A DNA stretch of 62,758 nucleotides, filler included, from Octopus bimaculoides (Eukaryota): NCBI RefSeq assembly GCF_001194135.2. It is 7 parts of 5 records of this genome, joined end to end, with 100 filler letters (N's around TTAATTAATTAA, not from the genome) between each part and the next. Parts side by side here need not be neighbours in the genome. Positions count along the whole stretch, not along the records: positions 29,733 to 37,539 come from NC_068984.1; positions 37,640 to 42,937 come from NC_069005.1; positions 43,038 to 55,355 come from NC_069008.1; 4 more parts are not named here. One strand, given 5' to 3'. The translations under genes and the position numbers were made by a program. Positions 36,341 through 49,222 of this stretch are shown here, piece by piece. How positions within the stretch are numbered: position 1 is the first letter of the stretch; each line of letters starts with the position of its first letter. The notes beneath the pieces are model-generated. The model was given only the letters and a program-made list of their open reading frames with translations. It had not been told where the DNA came from and did no database searches.

Positions 36341-37539
36341 TATCAGGTCATCCCATAAGTTCTGTCCCAATTTTGAATAAAGAAAACAAGTGATCAAATG
36401 TTATATTTAATTGAAATTTAATCATCAATGTACTTTCCCTGATTATCTATGACTTTCTTCCATCTATTTACAAGCTTTTTAATCCCATCAATGTAAAACT
36501 CTTTTGGTTTCAAAGCAAAGAACTCTGAAATGTCAGTTTCAATCTCCTCCTGGCTTGTGAAAGTTATGTCCCTCAAATGATTCTAGTCTGAAGGAGCAAG
36601 GTTGGGAGAATAAGGTGGATGAGGAATTTTTTTCCCAATCAAGCTCTTCTATCTTCTGTAATGTGATCTTTGCAGTATGGGGTCATGCATTATCCTGATG
36701 AAACATCACACATTTTCGATTCACTAAAGTGGGTCTTTTTTCTTCAAAGCTTGGTTCAAATGCTCTAATTGCTGACAGTAGACATGAGCATTGATTGTTG
36801 CATTAGGTGGTAACAATTCAAAGTGGATTACTCCTTTGCCATCCCGCCAGATAAAGAGAAGAAACTTTTTCCCATGAAGTTCTTGGTTGTAGTTGAGCTT
36901 TTTCCTTTTTACCAAGCCACTGTTTATGACGTTTAGCATTTCGATAGAAGATCCATTTTTCGTCACTAGTCACAAGTCTATCCAAAAAAGGTGAAATGAG
37001 TTTGTGAGAATGGAGAGAAGAGCAGATGTCAACTTGGGATTAGCAGTTGCTTTCGGACAATTCATGAGTCACCTATTTTCCAAGTTTAGGAACCTTTCCA
37101 AGTTATTGAAGATGACGATGAACAGTTGTATGGTTTTAACTAAGCTTTATTACTAACTGTTCTTCTGATAATGTAGGATTTTCATCAAGTAATGCCTCAA
37201 GGAGCTTATCATCAAACTCAACTGTACGTTCAATCTTCATCTTCAAAGCTGAAATATCCACTTCTGAATTTTGCAAACCATCTTCTGCAAGTTCTTTCAT
37301 TCAAGCATTCTTTCCCATAAACTGAGTCTATGTTTCAAGTCGCTTCGGCAGCAGAGTTTCCTTTTTTGTACTCATAGAGCATTATGTGCCTCAAATGCTC
37401 TTTGGATACTACCATGTTAGAAAGGGTTTTCTGTAAAATAATATTTAATTAGTTTAAATGTACACAAATGCATAAAAATAATTTTTAGTTCCATTAGACA
37501 TTCTAAAATACTATTAAATTTCATTCAATTTTAGAAAAG
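36341..37539 (-). mobile_element. Decayed mariner with one TIR; other end cut by a scaffold join
   Basis: TA-tatcaggtcatcccataagttc terminus. ATG at 37415 (MVVSKEHLRHIMLYEYKKG), VTSDEKWIFY, PPYSPNLAPSD. Confidence 0.9.
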
Positions 37540-38239
37540 NNNNNNNNNNNNNNNNNNNNNNNNNNNNNNNNNNNNNNNNNNNNTTAATTAATTAANNNNN
37601 NNNNNNNNNNNNNNNNNNNNNNNNNNNNNNNNNNNNNNNACGACATAAATTTTGCTAACAATCGCTCGACAGGACTCGTTAACCCTCACCAAAGCGAATA
37701 TTTAATGTTATCAGCGCTTATCTTTATAGATAACGTAATGAAAATTACTATTAAACCCTGGGAGAGGCATTATGCCGGTAATAAACACACGCACTGGTTC
37801 GGTCCTTTATTTATTTATAAACAGTATTTAGTTTCTTTTTCTTTTTTTTTTTTTGTTAAATCATTTCATTGCACTCTTGCAATCTTTTCAGTAACCCGTC
37901 TCTCCATTTCCATTTATTTTGAATGTATGATTCAGTGTTGTTTTGAAATTGTCCGGTATGAGCATGTCAGTGTGTGCGCGCTCGTAATGAAAATTGAGTT
38001 TCATTTACTCCTTTGGTTAAAACTGGAAAAACACCAACTGTGTAATCTCTTGATTGAAATCAATATCTATCAAATAAAATTGCTGTTTCATTTAGTTTGG
38101 GATTGGAGATAAAACCATCTTTTAAACGATGCATTCCATTTCGTTAGAACTTCCAAAAATATTATTTATATGCTAGAAACCCTTTATTTTTTTTATAGCA
38201 ATAGTATTCGAAGGGGGAAAAAGGTTTTCTAATGTTTCT

Positions 38240-39110
38240 TTTGATGTGAGTCAGAAAGCATGGGTCTCAGCCAGATGAGTTAAGCAACACATTAGGACTA
38301 CATATCATAAACCACTGACACACTAAGTTTCCCTATATTATCAGAGGTTTTTATGGAGATGACGGTTTGTTGCTACTCAGAAACTACTATTAAAATTCTG
38401 AAAGGTTCTGGAATGAACTCTAACGTTTTTCAAGGAATTTAATTTGACGGCAATAATTGAAAATAACTTTAATGAAGTCAATTTTTATCTTGATGATAAT
38501 GCTCACTCTAAAAACAGTAATGACCTGATGAGTCACTGTATAACATCAATATACAATCGAACAGCGTTTCAATTAACAAAATTAACTACATCAAAAGAGA
38601 CAGCCTACTACCTTATACAACCTGAAATAAAATTAAAAGTTAGTATGATCGTCTTGTTAATCCCCCACGTAATATTACTACAAATGAAATTAGAAGAAAG
38701 ATTATAAATTAGTGTAATTCTCATTTTAGTCAAGAATTCTTGACTCCCTGTAGCAAAAAAAATTCTTAAATTGTTGCTAAACACTTCCCAACCGTATGTT
38801 TTATAAGAATTTCGATAAAAGCTGTGAAATTCTCATATTCAAACTACGCTTCATTTTGGACAAGCATTATCGCATGCGAACAGATGCAAACATTCGTTTC
38901 TATCACAAAGCCAACAATCAACATCTTGTAATTACATACATACGAATGGATGTCCACTAAAGAGTCGATGCACTACTGAAAGTCTTATTCACTGTGCAAC
39001 CGTTGAAGCAAATAATGTTTTGAAATCATATAATGGACTGATAATGAATTCCTTCAAAATTCGCTTCTATCAGCATTTCCAGTCATTCGGGAACCAACAA
39101 AGAAACAATG
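38240..39110 (+). mobile_element. Penelope-like element RT to GIY-YIG remnant
   Basis: FYGDDGL at 38352, FKEFNLTAIIENNFNEVNF, YNGL...FKIRFYQH..SF. Confidence 0.8.
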
Positions 39111-39244
39111 ATGCAAGTTTGTGCAATTTCATATCATCATCGTCGTTACCGTTGTCATCGTCGTATCCGTTGTCATCGTCGTCATCTTCATCCTCATAAT
39201 CATCATCAACAACAAAAACAACAATGGTAACAACAACTGCTGGA

Positions 39245-39510
39245 CATTACTATCTCGTGTCCTAGGACGAATAGAATCGGCTACCTGCTTTCCATGGTGT
39301 GCAAGAGATCAATATCACAACACACTCCTTGACTCCCTTGATCGGGACGCCAGTCCGTCGCAAGGTTACACATTTTACAACAGAGTAGACCGGAGCAACG
39401 TGAAATTAAACGATTTGTTCAAGAAGAACACAAAGCATCTTCCGGTCCGGGAACCGAAACCACGATCTTCCGAGCTTGAATGCATCATCCTAACCACAAG
39501 GCCACGTACC
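39245..39510 (-). mobile_element. SINE family C copy
   Basis: Reverse complement cgtggccttgtggttagg...ggtttcggttccc...ttgtgttctt...gttgctcc. Confidence 0.7.
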
Positions 39511-40200
39511 TTTCACCAATTTTTTTTTTCTGCGGCATCAAAAATAACAATAAAATCATCAAAGTCAATTGGAAATAGTTTTGGTCGCCGGACCAAATCG
39601 AATAAACATTCTGAACAAGCCTTGCTATGTTTTGCACATCAAAATCCTGTGAAATATTTTTTAAAGTTCCTCCTCGTAATAAATATCCTGTTAATAAATA
39701 TCCTTAACAAATATCTTTTTGAAGTCGCTCGTAGAAAACATTCCAAACACTATTTTTTTTTCAACCCCTTCGTTAGCTAACAATCTGTAGAAGGACTCAT
39801 GCGACCTCCCTTTCCAAACGAATTTCGATATCATTATAGAATGTCTGACGTTTTTTATGCATTGTTTTTTTGTCTTGAGTTTGCATTCCTAATAATTATT
39901 GTAATAACAAATTTGGGAAGAAAAGAATTATAATATTTAATGAGGAGGAAAAGTAATTATAATATTTAATGAGATCGATTTCTGTTTGTAAACAATGAAT
40001 TTTTCTACAGACAGACAGACAGACAGACAGAGACGCTGTAACACGTTCAGATATAACTAATATGCTGCGCTGTTCAAAATTTTAAGAAGTTCTGTTGGCT
40101 TCAATTATCTCTTTGTTTTGTACAAAAAAATTTTCAGAGACATTAATCTTTCTATACCCTTTGTGATACAACAACAACAACAACAACAACGATGATGATG

Positions 40201-40266
<66 letters not shown>

Positions 40267-41188
40267 CGGACACTAGTTTATGAGAATAATCCCGTCTAAT
40301 TAAATGAAGACTATAACTATTCCATCACACGTTCCTGGTTATATTTTCACTTGTTTTGTTTTTCGTTTGTTCTGGTTTCGTTTGTTTTTTTGGGTTTTTT
40401 TGCTTGTTTTTTGGTGGGGTTGCAAAACCATTTGCGAATACGTTAGAATAGTTTCTTTCAATAGGATGGATTTATATTCCTTCTACAGATCCGAGAAAGC
40501 TTAAGTAAATATATTCAAAGAGTCAAAGAGCTTAAGCAAATATAGTCACTTTGAATAGATTCACACTCCAAAACTATTATAAATATGCGATAGAATATAT
40601 TTAATTTGCAAAAGGTTCGTGTTTCTTCTTTTGCTTCTAATTATTCTACCATTTTGCGTCTGCAGTTATATAATTTCATTTTTTAATAGTTTTTATATGC
40701 TCTTTACTTCACAATTCACTATCCCAAACATATATGTATGTATGTGTGTATGTATATATATATAATAAGGATCCCTGGGAGAGTCGGGTACTTGAATGAT
40801 ATGCACCAGGTAGGGTTGAGTTAATATGTGATCACCACCTTTGGTCGAATAAATATCTTGTAAATATTCAAGTTGTAAACACAGAGAAAAACCACCCCTA
40901 CGAGTATTTAGCACCTCAGGGCTGGTCCAAAGCACACGTTTTGTTGATCAAACGTTGTTTGGTATACTCTAGAATGTCCGACGTGTTGTGAATCCCTTTG
41001 GTAGATTATAAGTAAATGAATAAAAGCAGACGATGGATGAGTGTGTGCGTGTGTCAGAGTATGTGAGAGTGTGTGAATACATGTATATGTGTGTGTCAAT
41101 GTGTGTTGCAGAGAGAGTGAGTGTATGTATGTCTGCGTGTGTGTGTGTGCGTGTCTGTGTGTATGCATGTGTGTGTGTGTACGTTTGA

Positions 41189-41237
<49 letters not shown>

Positions 41238-41437
41238 TGTGTATGTGTTGGAGTGTTTGTGTGAGTATGTCTGCGTGTGTGTGTGTGAGTGTTTGTGTGT
41301 GACAGTGGATAAACGTGTGCATTCACCAATTGTCGACCATTCAATTGGAAATCTCATCGTTAATCTCGCTCTACAGAGCGACCTGGTAGCGGTGGGTATA
41401 AAGCTTTTGTTACAAGTTAATTAATACTAACGCAGAA

Positions 41438-41520
<83 letters not shown>

Positions 41521-41862
41521 ACTTTGCTCTCCTACTTATCAACCTACCTATATATTTACGTAGAGAGGGAAAATGAAGAGAGACAGACAGACAGATGGAC
41601 ATACAGAGAAACAAAACAAATAGGACAAAGTCAGACATATATTATACATACATACAGTATATANNNNNNNNNNNNNNNNNNNNNNNNNNNNNNNNNNNNN
41701 NNNNNNNNNNNNNNNNNNNNNNNNNNNNNNNNNNNNNNNNNNNNNNNNNNNNNNNNNNNNNNNNNNNNNNNNNNNNNNNNNNNNNNNNNNNNNNNNNNNN
41801 NNNNNNNNNNNNNNNNNNNNNNNNAGATAGAAAAATAGATAGAAAGATAGGGAGAGAGAAAG

Positions 41863-41927
<65 letters not shown>

Positions 41928-41934
41928 CAGAGAC

Positions 41935-42015
<81 letters not shown>

Positions 42016-42110
42016 TGCAGAGAGAGGCACAGAAAGACAGAAGGGCAGATAGATAGATTGATATATATGTATACATACACAGAAAGAGAAACAGACAGAC
42101 CGACAGACAG

Positions 42111-42141
<31 letters not shown>

Positions 42142-42589
42142 GACGGACGGACGAACAGACAGACACGACAGATAGACAGACAATTAGACAAATAGATATA
42201 TAGACAGTATTCAAACCCACACACACAACAAAGTCAGAGAAATAGGAAGAAAGAGGAGGAAATAGGAAAACAGTGATAGTTTTTTTTTCCCAAGGGTCTG
42301 TCTTGGCCATCCCCGTCAGACCAAACTGAACAAACCACCAAAATACCGTCTATCCAGTTCCATACCCGGCTTCTTTCCCCTATATATTGCTACATAATAC
42401 ATACATACATACATATATACATTTTATATATTTTGTTGTTCGAATAAAGATCGTTTTCTATGTTTTCGTTTCTCATTGTGTTTAACGTTTTTCTGTGATG
42501 TCCTGTACCCATATATGCATGCATGTATACATATAGATGTAGGTATGTACATATATGTATGGATATATGCATATATTAATATTAAGACA

Positions 42590-42697
42590 CTTGAAATAAA
42601 GTGTCTTACTCAAGGACACAACGCGTCGCCGGGAATTGAACTCACGACTTTATGATCATGAGCCGAATGCCCTAACCACTAAGCCACGCGCCTTCTC
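42590..42697 (-). mobile_element. SINE family C head (tRNA-like plus CORE-like), followed at 42705-42937 by a repeat body also seen at about 20200-20370 and 56830-56990
   Basis: Reverse complement aaggcgcgtggcttagtggttaggg...gtgagttcaattccc...gttgtgtccttgagtaagacac. Confidence 0.75.
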
Positions 42698-43084
42698 GTA
42701 TGTACGTCGTGGCACTCCGTCGGTTACAACGACAAGGGTTCCAGTTGATCCGATCAACGGAACAACTTGCTAGTGAAATTATCGTGCCAGTGGCTGAGCA
42801 CTCCACAGACACGTGTACTCTTAGCGTATTCCGCGGGGAAATTCAGCGTGACACAGAGTGCGACGAGGCTGGCACTTTGAAATACAAGTACAACAGAAAC
42901 AGGAAGAAAGAATGAGAGAAAGTTGTGGTGAAACAGTNNNNNNNNNNNNNNNNNNNNNNNNNNNNNNNNNNNNNNNNNNNNTTAATTAATTAANNNNNNN
43001 NNNNNNNNNNNNNNNNNNNNNNNNNNNNNNNNNNNNNTTCAGCTCTGGTGTTGGGTGCATATATTTCTAAATATTCATTCCTTT

Positions 43085-43270
43085 GCAGTCAATTGAGTGT
43101 GGCCATGCTGGTCATCACCTTAAGGGGTTTTAGCTGAAGAAATTGACCCCAGTGCTTATTCTTTGTAAGCGTAGTACTTATTCTATTGGTCACTTTTGCC
43201 AAACCGCTAAGTTACGGGGACATAAACACATCAGCATCGGTTGTCAAGTAATGGTTGGGGGAGGGGGAAC
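43085..43270 (-). mobile_element. SINE family B 3' part
   Basis: Matches 43760-43895 and 44600-44790. Confidence 0.7.
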
Positions 43271-43536
43271 ACAAATATATACATACATACATATATAGAT
43301 CAATCTTCGCAGGTACCATCTAATAAGTTAGTATTTAAGTATATATGTATAAATATTAAACTATTTCTATGTAATTTCTTTTCCTTTCTCTATTGTGGTA
43401 AAATTTGGGATATACTTAAAAGTATTTAAAAAGATTTTATCCAATAATCTTCCGAATAACTCTAAATTTTAACTTTATACAATATGGCAATATTGTTTAA
43501 AATATTTAACTATAGTTAAATATTTAACTGTAAGTT

Positions 43537-43895
43537 CAGGAGTGGCTGTGTGGTAAGTAGCTTGCTTACCAACCACATTGTTCCGGGTTCGGTTCTTCTG
43601 CGTGGCACCTTGGGCAAGTGTCTTGTACTATAGCCTCAGGCCGACCAAAGCCTTTGGTAGACGGAAACTAAAAGAAGCCCGTCGTATATATGTATATGTA
43701 TATATATGTGTGTGTGTTTGTGTGTCTGTGTTTGTTCCCCCCCCCCCAACGTCGCTTGACAACCCGTAACGTAGCGGTTCGGCAAAATAGACTGATAGAA
43801 TAAGTACTAGGCTTACAAAGAATAAGTCCTTAGGTCGATTTGCTCAACTAAAGGCGGTGCACCACCATGGCCGCAGTCAAATGGCAGAAACAAGT
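43537..43895 (+). mobile_element. SINE family B, near full length
   Basis: caggagtggctgtgtggtaag...gggttc...gacggaaactaaaagaagcc...(TA/TG)n...gaatagactagg...ccgcagtcaaatg. Confidence 0.85.
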
Positions 43896-44599
43896 AAAAG
43901 AGTAATAGTATCCTATGATAAAATTACCCTTGTATCATTATCAATGGTCTACTAGAGTCTTGCCTCTTTAATTGTCAGCTAACATCTTGATTTAAGATTT
44001 CCTTTACCAAATCTCATTATATCACTTCAAATTAATCTTGATAGTTTTATGACTATACCCACTATGATTTCTGTCGACTCCCTCAGCCCCTTTCCTAACA
44101 GACACTGCTCCTGGTTCTTTGGCCTTAGATTTTGATATACAAAGATTTTATAAACAAAACTATAAATTAAAACTGACCCCAAAAAACAGTGACAAGCTAG
44201 ATCTCTAACACGTCTTTCTTCCTGATACCTTAGTAACTTCTAAGCTGAAGTGAAGAAAGCATGTTCTTTGTCAATCTTCTTACCTTCTTGGAGGTTTTAG
44301 GTAAAATTATACTAATGTGTCCATCTGTTTTGATTTAATTTAATTCTATGTATTTATGCAGCTGAGGATTGCTCTGCATTTAAATTAATGTAATGATTGC
44401 ATTGTTCAATTAAATGGAGTTGCTTGAAACGATTGTACTGCATTACCTCTGGATATCCTTGTTGCTTATTTTGATTTTAATCACCTTATTTCGAAATTGT
44501 ATGGATAATACTATACTAAATTCTGGTGCCTCAACTTAAGTACCTAATTCATCTGAATCTAAATTTTTGCATATATATATATATATATATATATATTCT

Positions 44600-45015
44600 T
44601 TCACTTATTTCAGTCATTTGACAGCAGCCAAGCTGGAGCACCACCTTTAGTTGAATAAATTGATCCCAGGACTTATTCTTTGTAAGCCTAGTACTTATTC
44701 TATTGGTCTTTTTTGCCGAACCGCTAATTGACGAGGACATAAACACATCACTATCAGTTGTCAAGCAATGGTGGGCGAACAAACACAGACATATATATAT
44801 ATATATATAAATATGTATTCATATATACATATAAATATGTATATATATATACAATGGGCTTCTTTCAGTTTCCGCCTACCAAATCCACTCAGAAAGCTTT
44901 GGTCGGCCTGAGGCTGTAGTAGATGACACTTGCCCAAGGTGCTACGCAGTGTGACTGAACCCAGAACCTTGTGGTTGGTAAGCAAGTTACTTACCACACA
45001 GCCACTCCTGTGCCT
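44600..45015 (-). mobile_element. SINE family B, near full length
   Basis: Reverse-complement match to 43537-43895. Confidence 0.85.
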
Positions 45016-45779
45016 AGTACTTATATATATAATATAATAAATGCGAAAACTAATTTCTGTGTGTCAGCGTGTCACACTTTGATCCCCTCTCTCACAATTC
45101 AATGACACTTCCTCGTGCTGGGGTGAGAGTAATAGTAGGCATAGAGACAGTGAGGGCAAAGACAGAGAGGGAGAAAGAAAGAAAAAGAGAGGGAACGAAA
45201 AAGAGAAAAAGAAATTTAGGGAGAGTTGATGATGTTTTATTAAAAGTAGTGTTGATGGTGATAATGGTAGTAATAATAAGAGAGAGAGAGAGAAAGAGAG
45301 AAAGTAGGTATGTGAGAGAAAGAGGGAGATGATGTACAGAAATTCCTGTGGCCAGCATACTGAACACTATCATACACACACACACACACACACACATAAA
45401 ATACACTTTAATTCAAATACAGTTTCCCCAAAATTAAACATATCTAATATGATAAATGTGAATGTCAGTGTGTCACACTTTTTCAACTTTACTCCTAGAG
45501 GCCGTAGCCCAATATATCATATCACTTTGGAATCAGGCTGATTTACTCCAGGAGTCAATTAAAAACATTCTGGGGCAAATCCGGACCTGCAATCCTGAAA
45601 TTTTGGATTCCTATGTTTTCATAACTGCGATTGCTTGCGGCGATTTCTTTTACATGATTTTTAGCAACGAATATTGGGATATGACTCTGGAGGAAGCAAC
45701 TGCAACAAATTCTCCATAACAAGTCAGAGACCTGTCTGCAGATCTTCCCATTCGCCCCAATAGGGCAGCTTTTAAGTTA

Positions 45780-45827
<48 letters not shown>

Positions 45828-45828
<1 letters not shown>

Positions 45829-45992
45829 ATGGGCTTCTTTCAGTTTCCATCAACCAAATTCACTCACAAGGCTTTGGTCAACCTGAGGCTATAGTAGAAG
45901 ACACTCACCCAAGGTGCCATGCAGTAGGACTGAACCTAGAACCATGTGGTTGGGAAGCCAGTTTCTTACCACACAGCTATGCTTGTGCCTAT
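45828..45992 (-). mobile_element. SINE family B 5' part
   Basis: Reverse-complement match. Confidence 0.8.
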
Positions 45993-46080
45993 ATATATGT
46001 CTGGATTGTCAGTAGATCATATATCTGAGAGAGAAGTACACTCTAAATGTTAGAACAGTAATGTATTTACAGGAAGTTAA

Positions 46081-46280
46081 TTATATGGTCAGTCATAGAG
46101 TGACCAATGGTTTTGCATCCATGCAGTGCTTAGCCTTATAGACTCTAATGGCATGAGCATATAACCTCTTTTCAAATTGTAGACAGAAAAAGCCTACAGT
46201 CTGTTAATTTTATAAACAAAAATAAATATTTTTGCTTTATGGATGTGAAACCATTGGTCACTCTACGATTGGCCATATAA
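46081..46280. mobile_element. MITE-like element of about 200 bp with about 40-bp terminal inverted repeats
   Basis: ttatatggtcagtcatagagtgaccaatggttttgcatccat ... atggatgtgaaaccattggtcactctacgattggccatataa. Confidence 0.7.
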
Positions 46281-46287
46281 TTAGCTA

Positions 46288-46340
<53 letters not shown>

Positions 46341-46676
46341 ATGTGCGTGTGTGTGCGTGCGTGTGTGCAAGCATATTAAAATGATCTTAACTGAACTCAC
46401 AGTCCCATGGAAAGTGTGCCAAATATGAGAGCCTTCTGCATGATTGAGGGAGGAGGGATGGAAGGCTTTTCCCATTCAAGGTTGGCTTACAGCCATTCCA
46501 TTGGAGTGAAAAGAAAGGAGTGAAGGGATAAACATTGGATACGATCTAATGACATCAGTTCCTTTTAGCCAAAGTTCCATTCACTTTGGTGAATGGAGAA
46601 ACCACCTCCTTATAAGTGTTATTGCACACACACACACACACACACACAATGCAGGTCACTAACAACTGTTACTTAC

Positions 46677-46842
46677 TATACATGCAGCTACCATTTCTTT
46701 GGAGGGTTGAAAAATTAATGAAATGGCTGTTAACCACAACATTGCATCGGTCTCTCCTATCTGTTGACTGGAGATCATCTGGACGATAAATTTTACTGAT
46801 TCCAGTGTCTGCACCATTGGAATAGCATCAAGAAAATACTGC
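46677..46842 (-). CDS. Large lipid transfer protein (apolipophorin/vitellogenin-like) exon: (R)QYFLDAIPMVQTLESVKFIVQMISSQQIGETDAMLWLTAISLIFQPSKEMVAACI
   Basis: tttacttttcag| acceptor and |gtaagt donor, 166 nt, phase 2 to 0. The FLDA(I/L)PMV...W...L.....PS..M pattern fits the alpha-helical region of the Vitellogenin_N/LLT domain. Joins the 54132 exon in frame. Confidence 0.85.
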
Positions 46843-47836
46843 CTGAAAAGTAAACATTCATTGATTTAATTTGCTTGGGGTTAAGGAACTATTTAGGCTA
46901 TCATTTACCATTTCTCATAATATAACAGTAATTAGCTACTCAATAAAATCCTGGCAAAGAACATGCCAGCTAATAAGAAAGATGCTGCAAAGTGGTACTG
47001 AAAAGCTCCTGGCTTTGGGTAAGAGAAAAAGTTAATTATAATTCTATTCAACATATTCCCCTTTCGGACTCACACACTTATTGCAGTGGTCCTTCAGTTT
47101 TTCTAATCCCTGTAAAAGAATTCGAAAGGTTTGGCCTCCAACCAGGCCTTTTACAATATCCTTAAAGCCAGAAACTTTTCAGCACCCCCTTGTATTTAGT
47201 AATTTAAAATGGCTCAATGCAGTAAATCAGTTTGATCCTCAATCCCTTTTGTTTTATAAGGAGCTGCAATGACCTAGTCATTGAAGCTTCTTCAATGTAG
47301 ATGACCAATTTTTCCACCAAGAATCTCTTTACTGTATAAGTGACCAGTTGGTGTCCCAACAAATTGCTTACTGTTTTATTTGAGATTCCATTACTTAACG
47401 AGGCATCTACACTGCAGTCACTTGATCTTTGCTCAATGCAACAAACCAATTTGATCTCAGTGAAGTCCCTTTAGTTCTACAAGGCAACACATTTGCCATT
47501 CAGGTTTCATCAGTGTAGTCATTTAACCTGCTTCAATGTAGTAAACCAATTTTACTTTCGAGAAACTGTATACTTTATTAACAGCCATTTGGTCTTGCAA
47601 CAAAAACTCTAGTTTTTTGGGGGGTCACATTATTATAATGAGAGAACCCTGATGTGGTTACTCAAAGTGGCAAATCAATTTCGCCTTCAACAAGCTCCCT
47701 AGTATATTTAGGGTGTTACATGAGATAATTAAAGGATTCCATTGCTATCACTTCACTATTTAACCCAATCGAATGAAGTAGGCAGGGATATAGAAATGTT
47801 AATAGGATTGCTGTGAGTGGAATGTTTATGAGTTTA

Positions 47837-48139
47837 CAGAATGTCAGTGTAGTCACTGACCTTACCCAATACAACAAAGTAACTGGCCTTCAACAAACTA
47901 ATTTCCCCTAAGAAAAAAAACCCAACTTTCTTCTATTTAATTAAAGTTCAAATGGCCCCTAATGTAACAGTTAGGGTTTATTGAAGGATCCAATTTGTTT
48001 GCTACATTAAGGAAAGTCAAAGGACTACACTCAAGTCACCTCACTGTATCCTGTTACATTTAATAAGGTAGTAAGTGGTTTGTTGAAGGCCAGTTACTTT
48101 GTTGTATTGGGTAAGGTCAGAGACTACACTGAAATTATG
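47837..48139. repeat. 62-bp inverted repeat with a 179-bp spacer
   Basis: 47837-47898 (…ctgaccttacccaatacaacaaagtaactggccttcaacaaac) is almost perfectly reverse-complementary to 48078-48139. Confidence 0.9.
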
Positions 48140-48206
48140 TGGCAGTCCCAGGAAAGAAGAGAATGCTAAATAGCAGTAGCATTCTTCCCTTTCCTGGGAC
48201 TGCTAC
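48139..48206. other. 68-nt hairpin (30-bp stem, 8-nt loop), pre-miRNA-sized
   Basis: 28 of 30 stem positions pair on either strand when G-U is allowed. No expression evidence. Confidence 0.5.
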
Positions 48207-48557
48207 ATTATGTTAGCAACAAAGCATCACTTTAAAATCACCTTAAATTTAACTAATTTTGGATTGCCTTGAAAATGTGTTAACATGTATTTTTGGAAAA
48301 AAATATTTCAATAATACTTTCTACATCTAAGTATGTTGATATAACAAAAACAATTATCCTCTATATAATGTGATTTTCTCTCTATATATTTTTGTTGTTT
48401 AATACTCTGAATTTTTTTCAAATTCTTTGTGTATTCTACTTTCATTTCTTGGTGTCTGATTGTTGGATGTAATTAACCAAATTCATTCAAAACTGAGTGC
48501 TTTATTGATAACTGCCTGGATTTTTTAATCCCTTTTTTCTTATACATACATACATAC

Positions 48558-48623
<66 letters not shown>

Positions 48624-48949
48624 ATATGTACATATATATATATATATATCATCATCATTATCATTTAATATCCTTTGTCCATGCTGGCATGGGTTGGACA
48701 GTTTGGGCAAAGCTGGCAAGTTGGGGAGCTGTACCAGTCTCTAGTCTGATTTGGCATGGTTTCTATGGCTGGATGCCCTTCCTAATGCCAACCACCTTAC
48801 AGAGTGTGCTGGGTGCTTTTACATGGCACTGCATGGGCACTTTTATGTGGCACTGCATGGGGGTTTTTATATTGCACTGCACAAATGCTTTTTACATGGC
48901 ACTGGCACAGGACTCTTGCAGGTCAATCCTCACCACCAAGGGGACCAGT

Positions 48950-49170
48950 CTTAACACTTCTGCCACAGAGTATGAGTCTTCTTGAGTACAGCAAAGTATC
49001 CGGCATCTCAGTCCTTTGTCATCTCATCTGAAAGGTTCAGTGTGCTGAGGTTGTTCTTCAGTATTTCATCCCATGTCTTCTAGGGTCTCCCACTTCTATG
49101 TGTCCCATCAACTTTGAGACATTTACACTTCTTTATGGAAGCACTGATCTCTCCAAATAGATGGAACATG
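48950..49170 (-). mobile_element. RTE LINE 3' fragment
   Basis: KCKCLKVDGTHRSGRP.KTWDEIL. Parallels 26545-26720. Confidence 0.75.
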
Positions 49171-49222
49171 TGGCAATATATGTATGTATATATATGTGTG
49201 TGTGTGTGTGTGTATGTGTGTG

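Noticed and set aside
42620-42697. tRNA gene
   Set aside because: The tRNA-like head runs into a SINE body and has no proper cloverleaf 3' end.
45462-45719. 85-aa plus-strand ORF (LLEAVAQYIISLW…) in non-repetitive-looking sequence
   Set aside because: No recognisable domain or consistent splice phases in either strand. Left unassigned.
46397-46443. Candidate next LLTP exon (KALIFGTLSMG|gtgagt, minus)
   Set aside because: Too short for the expected homologous segment and only weakly similar.
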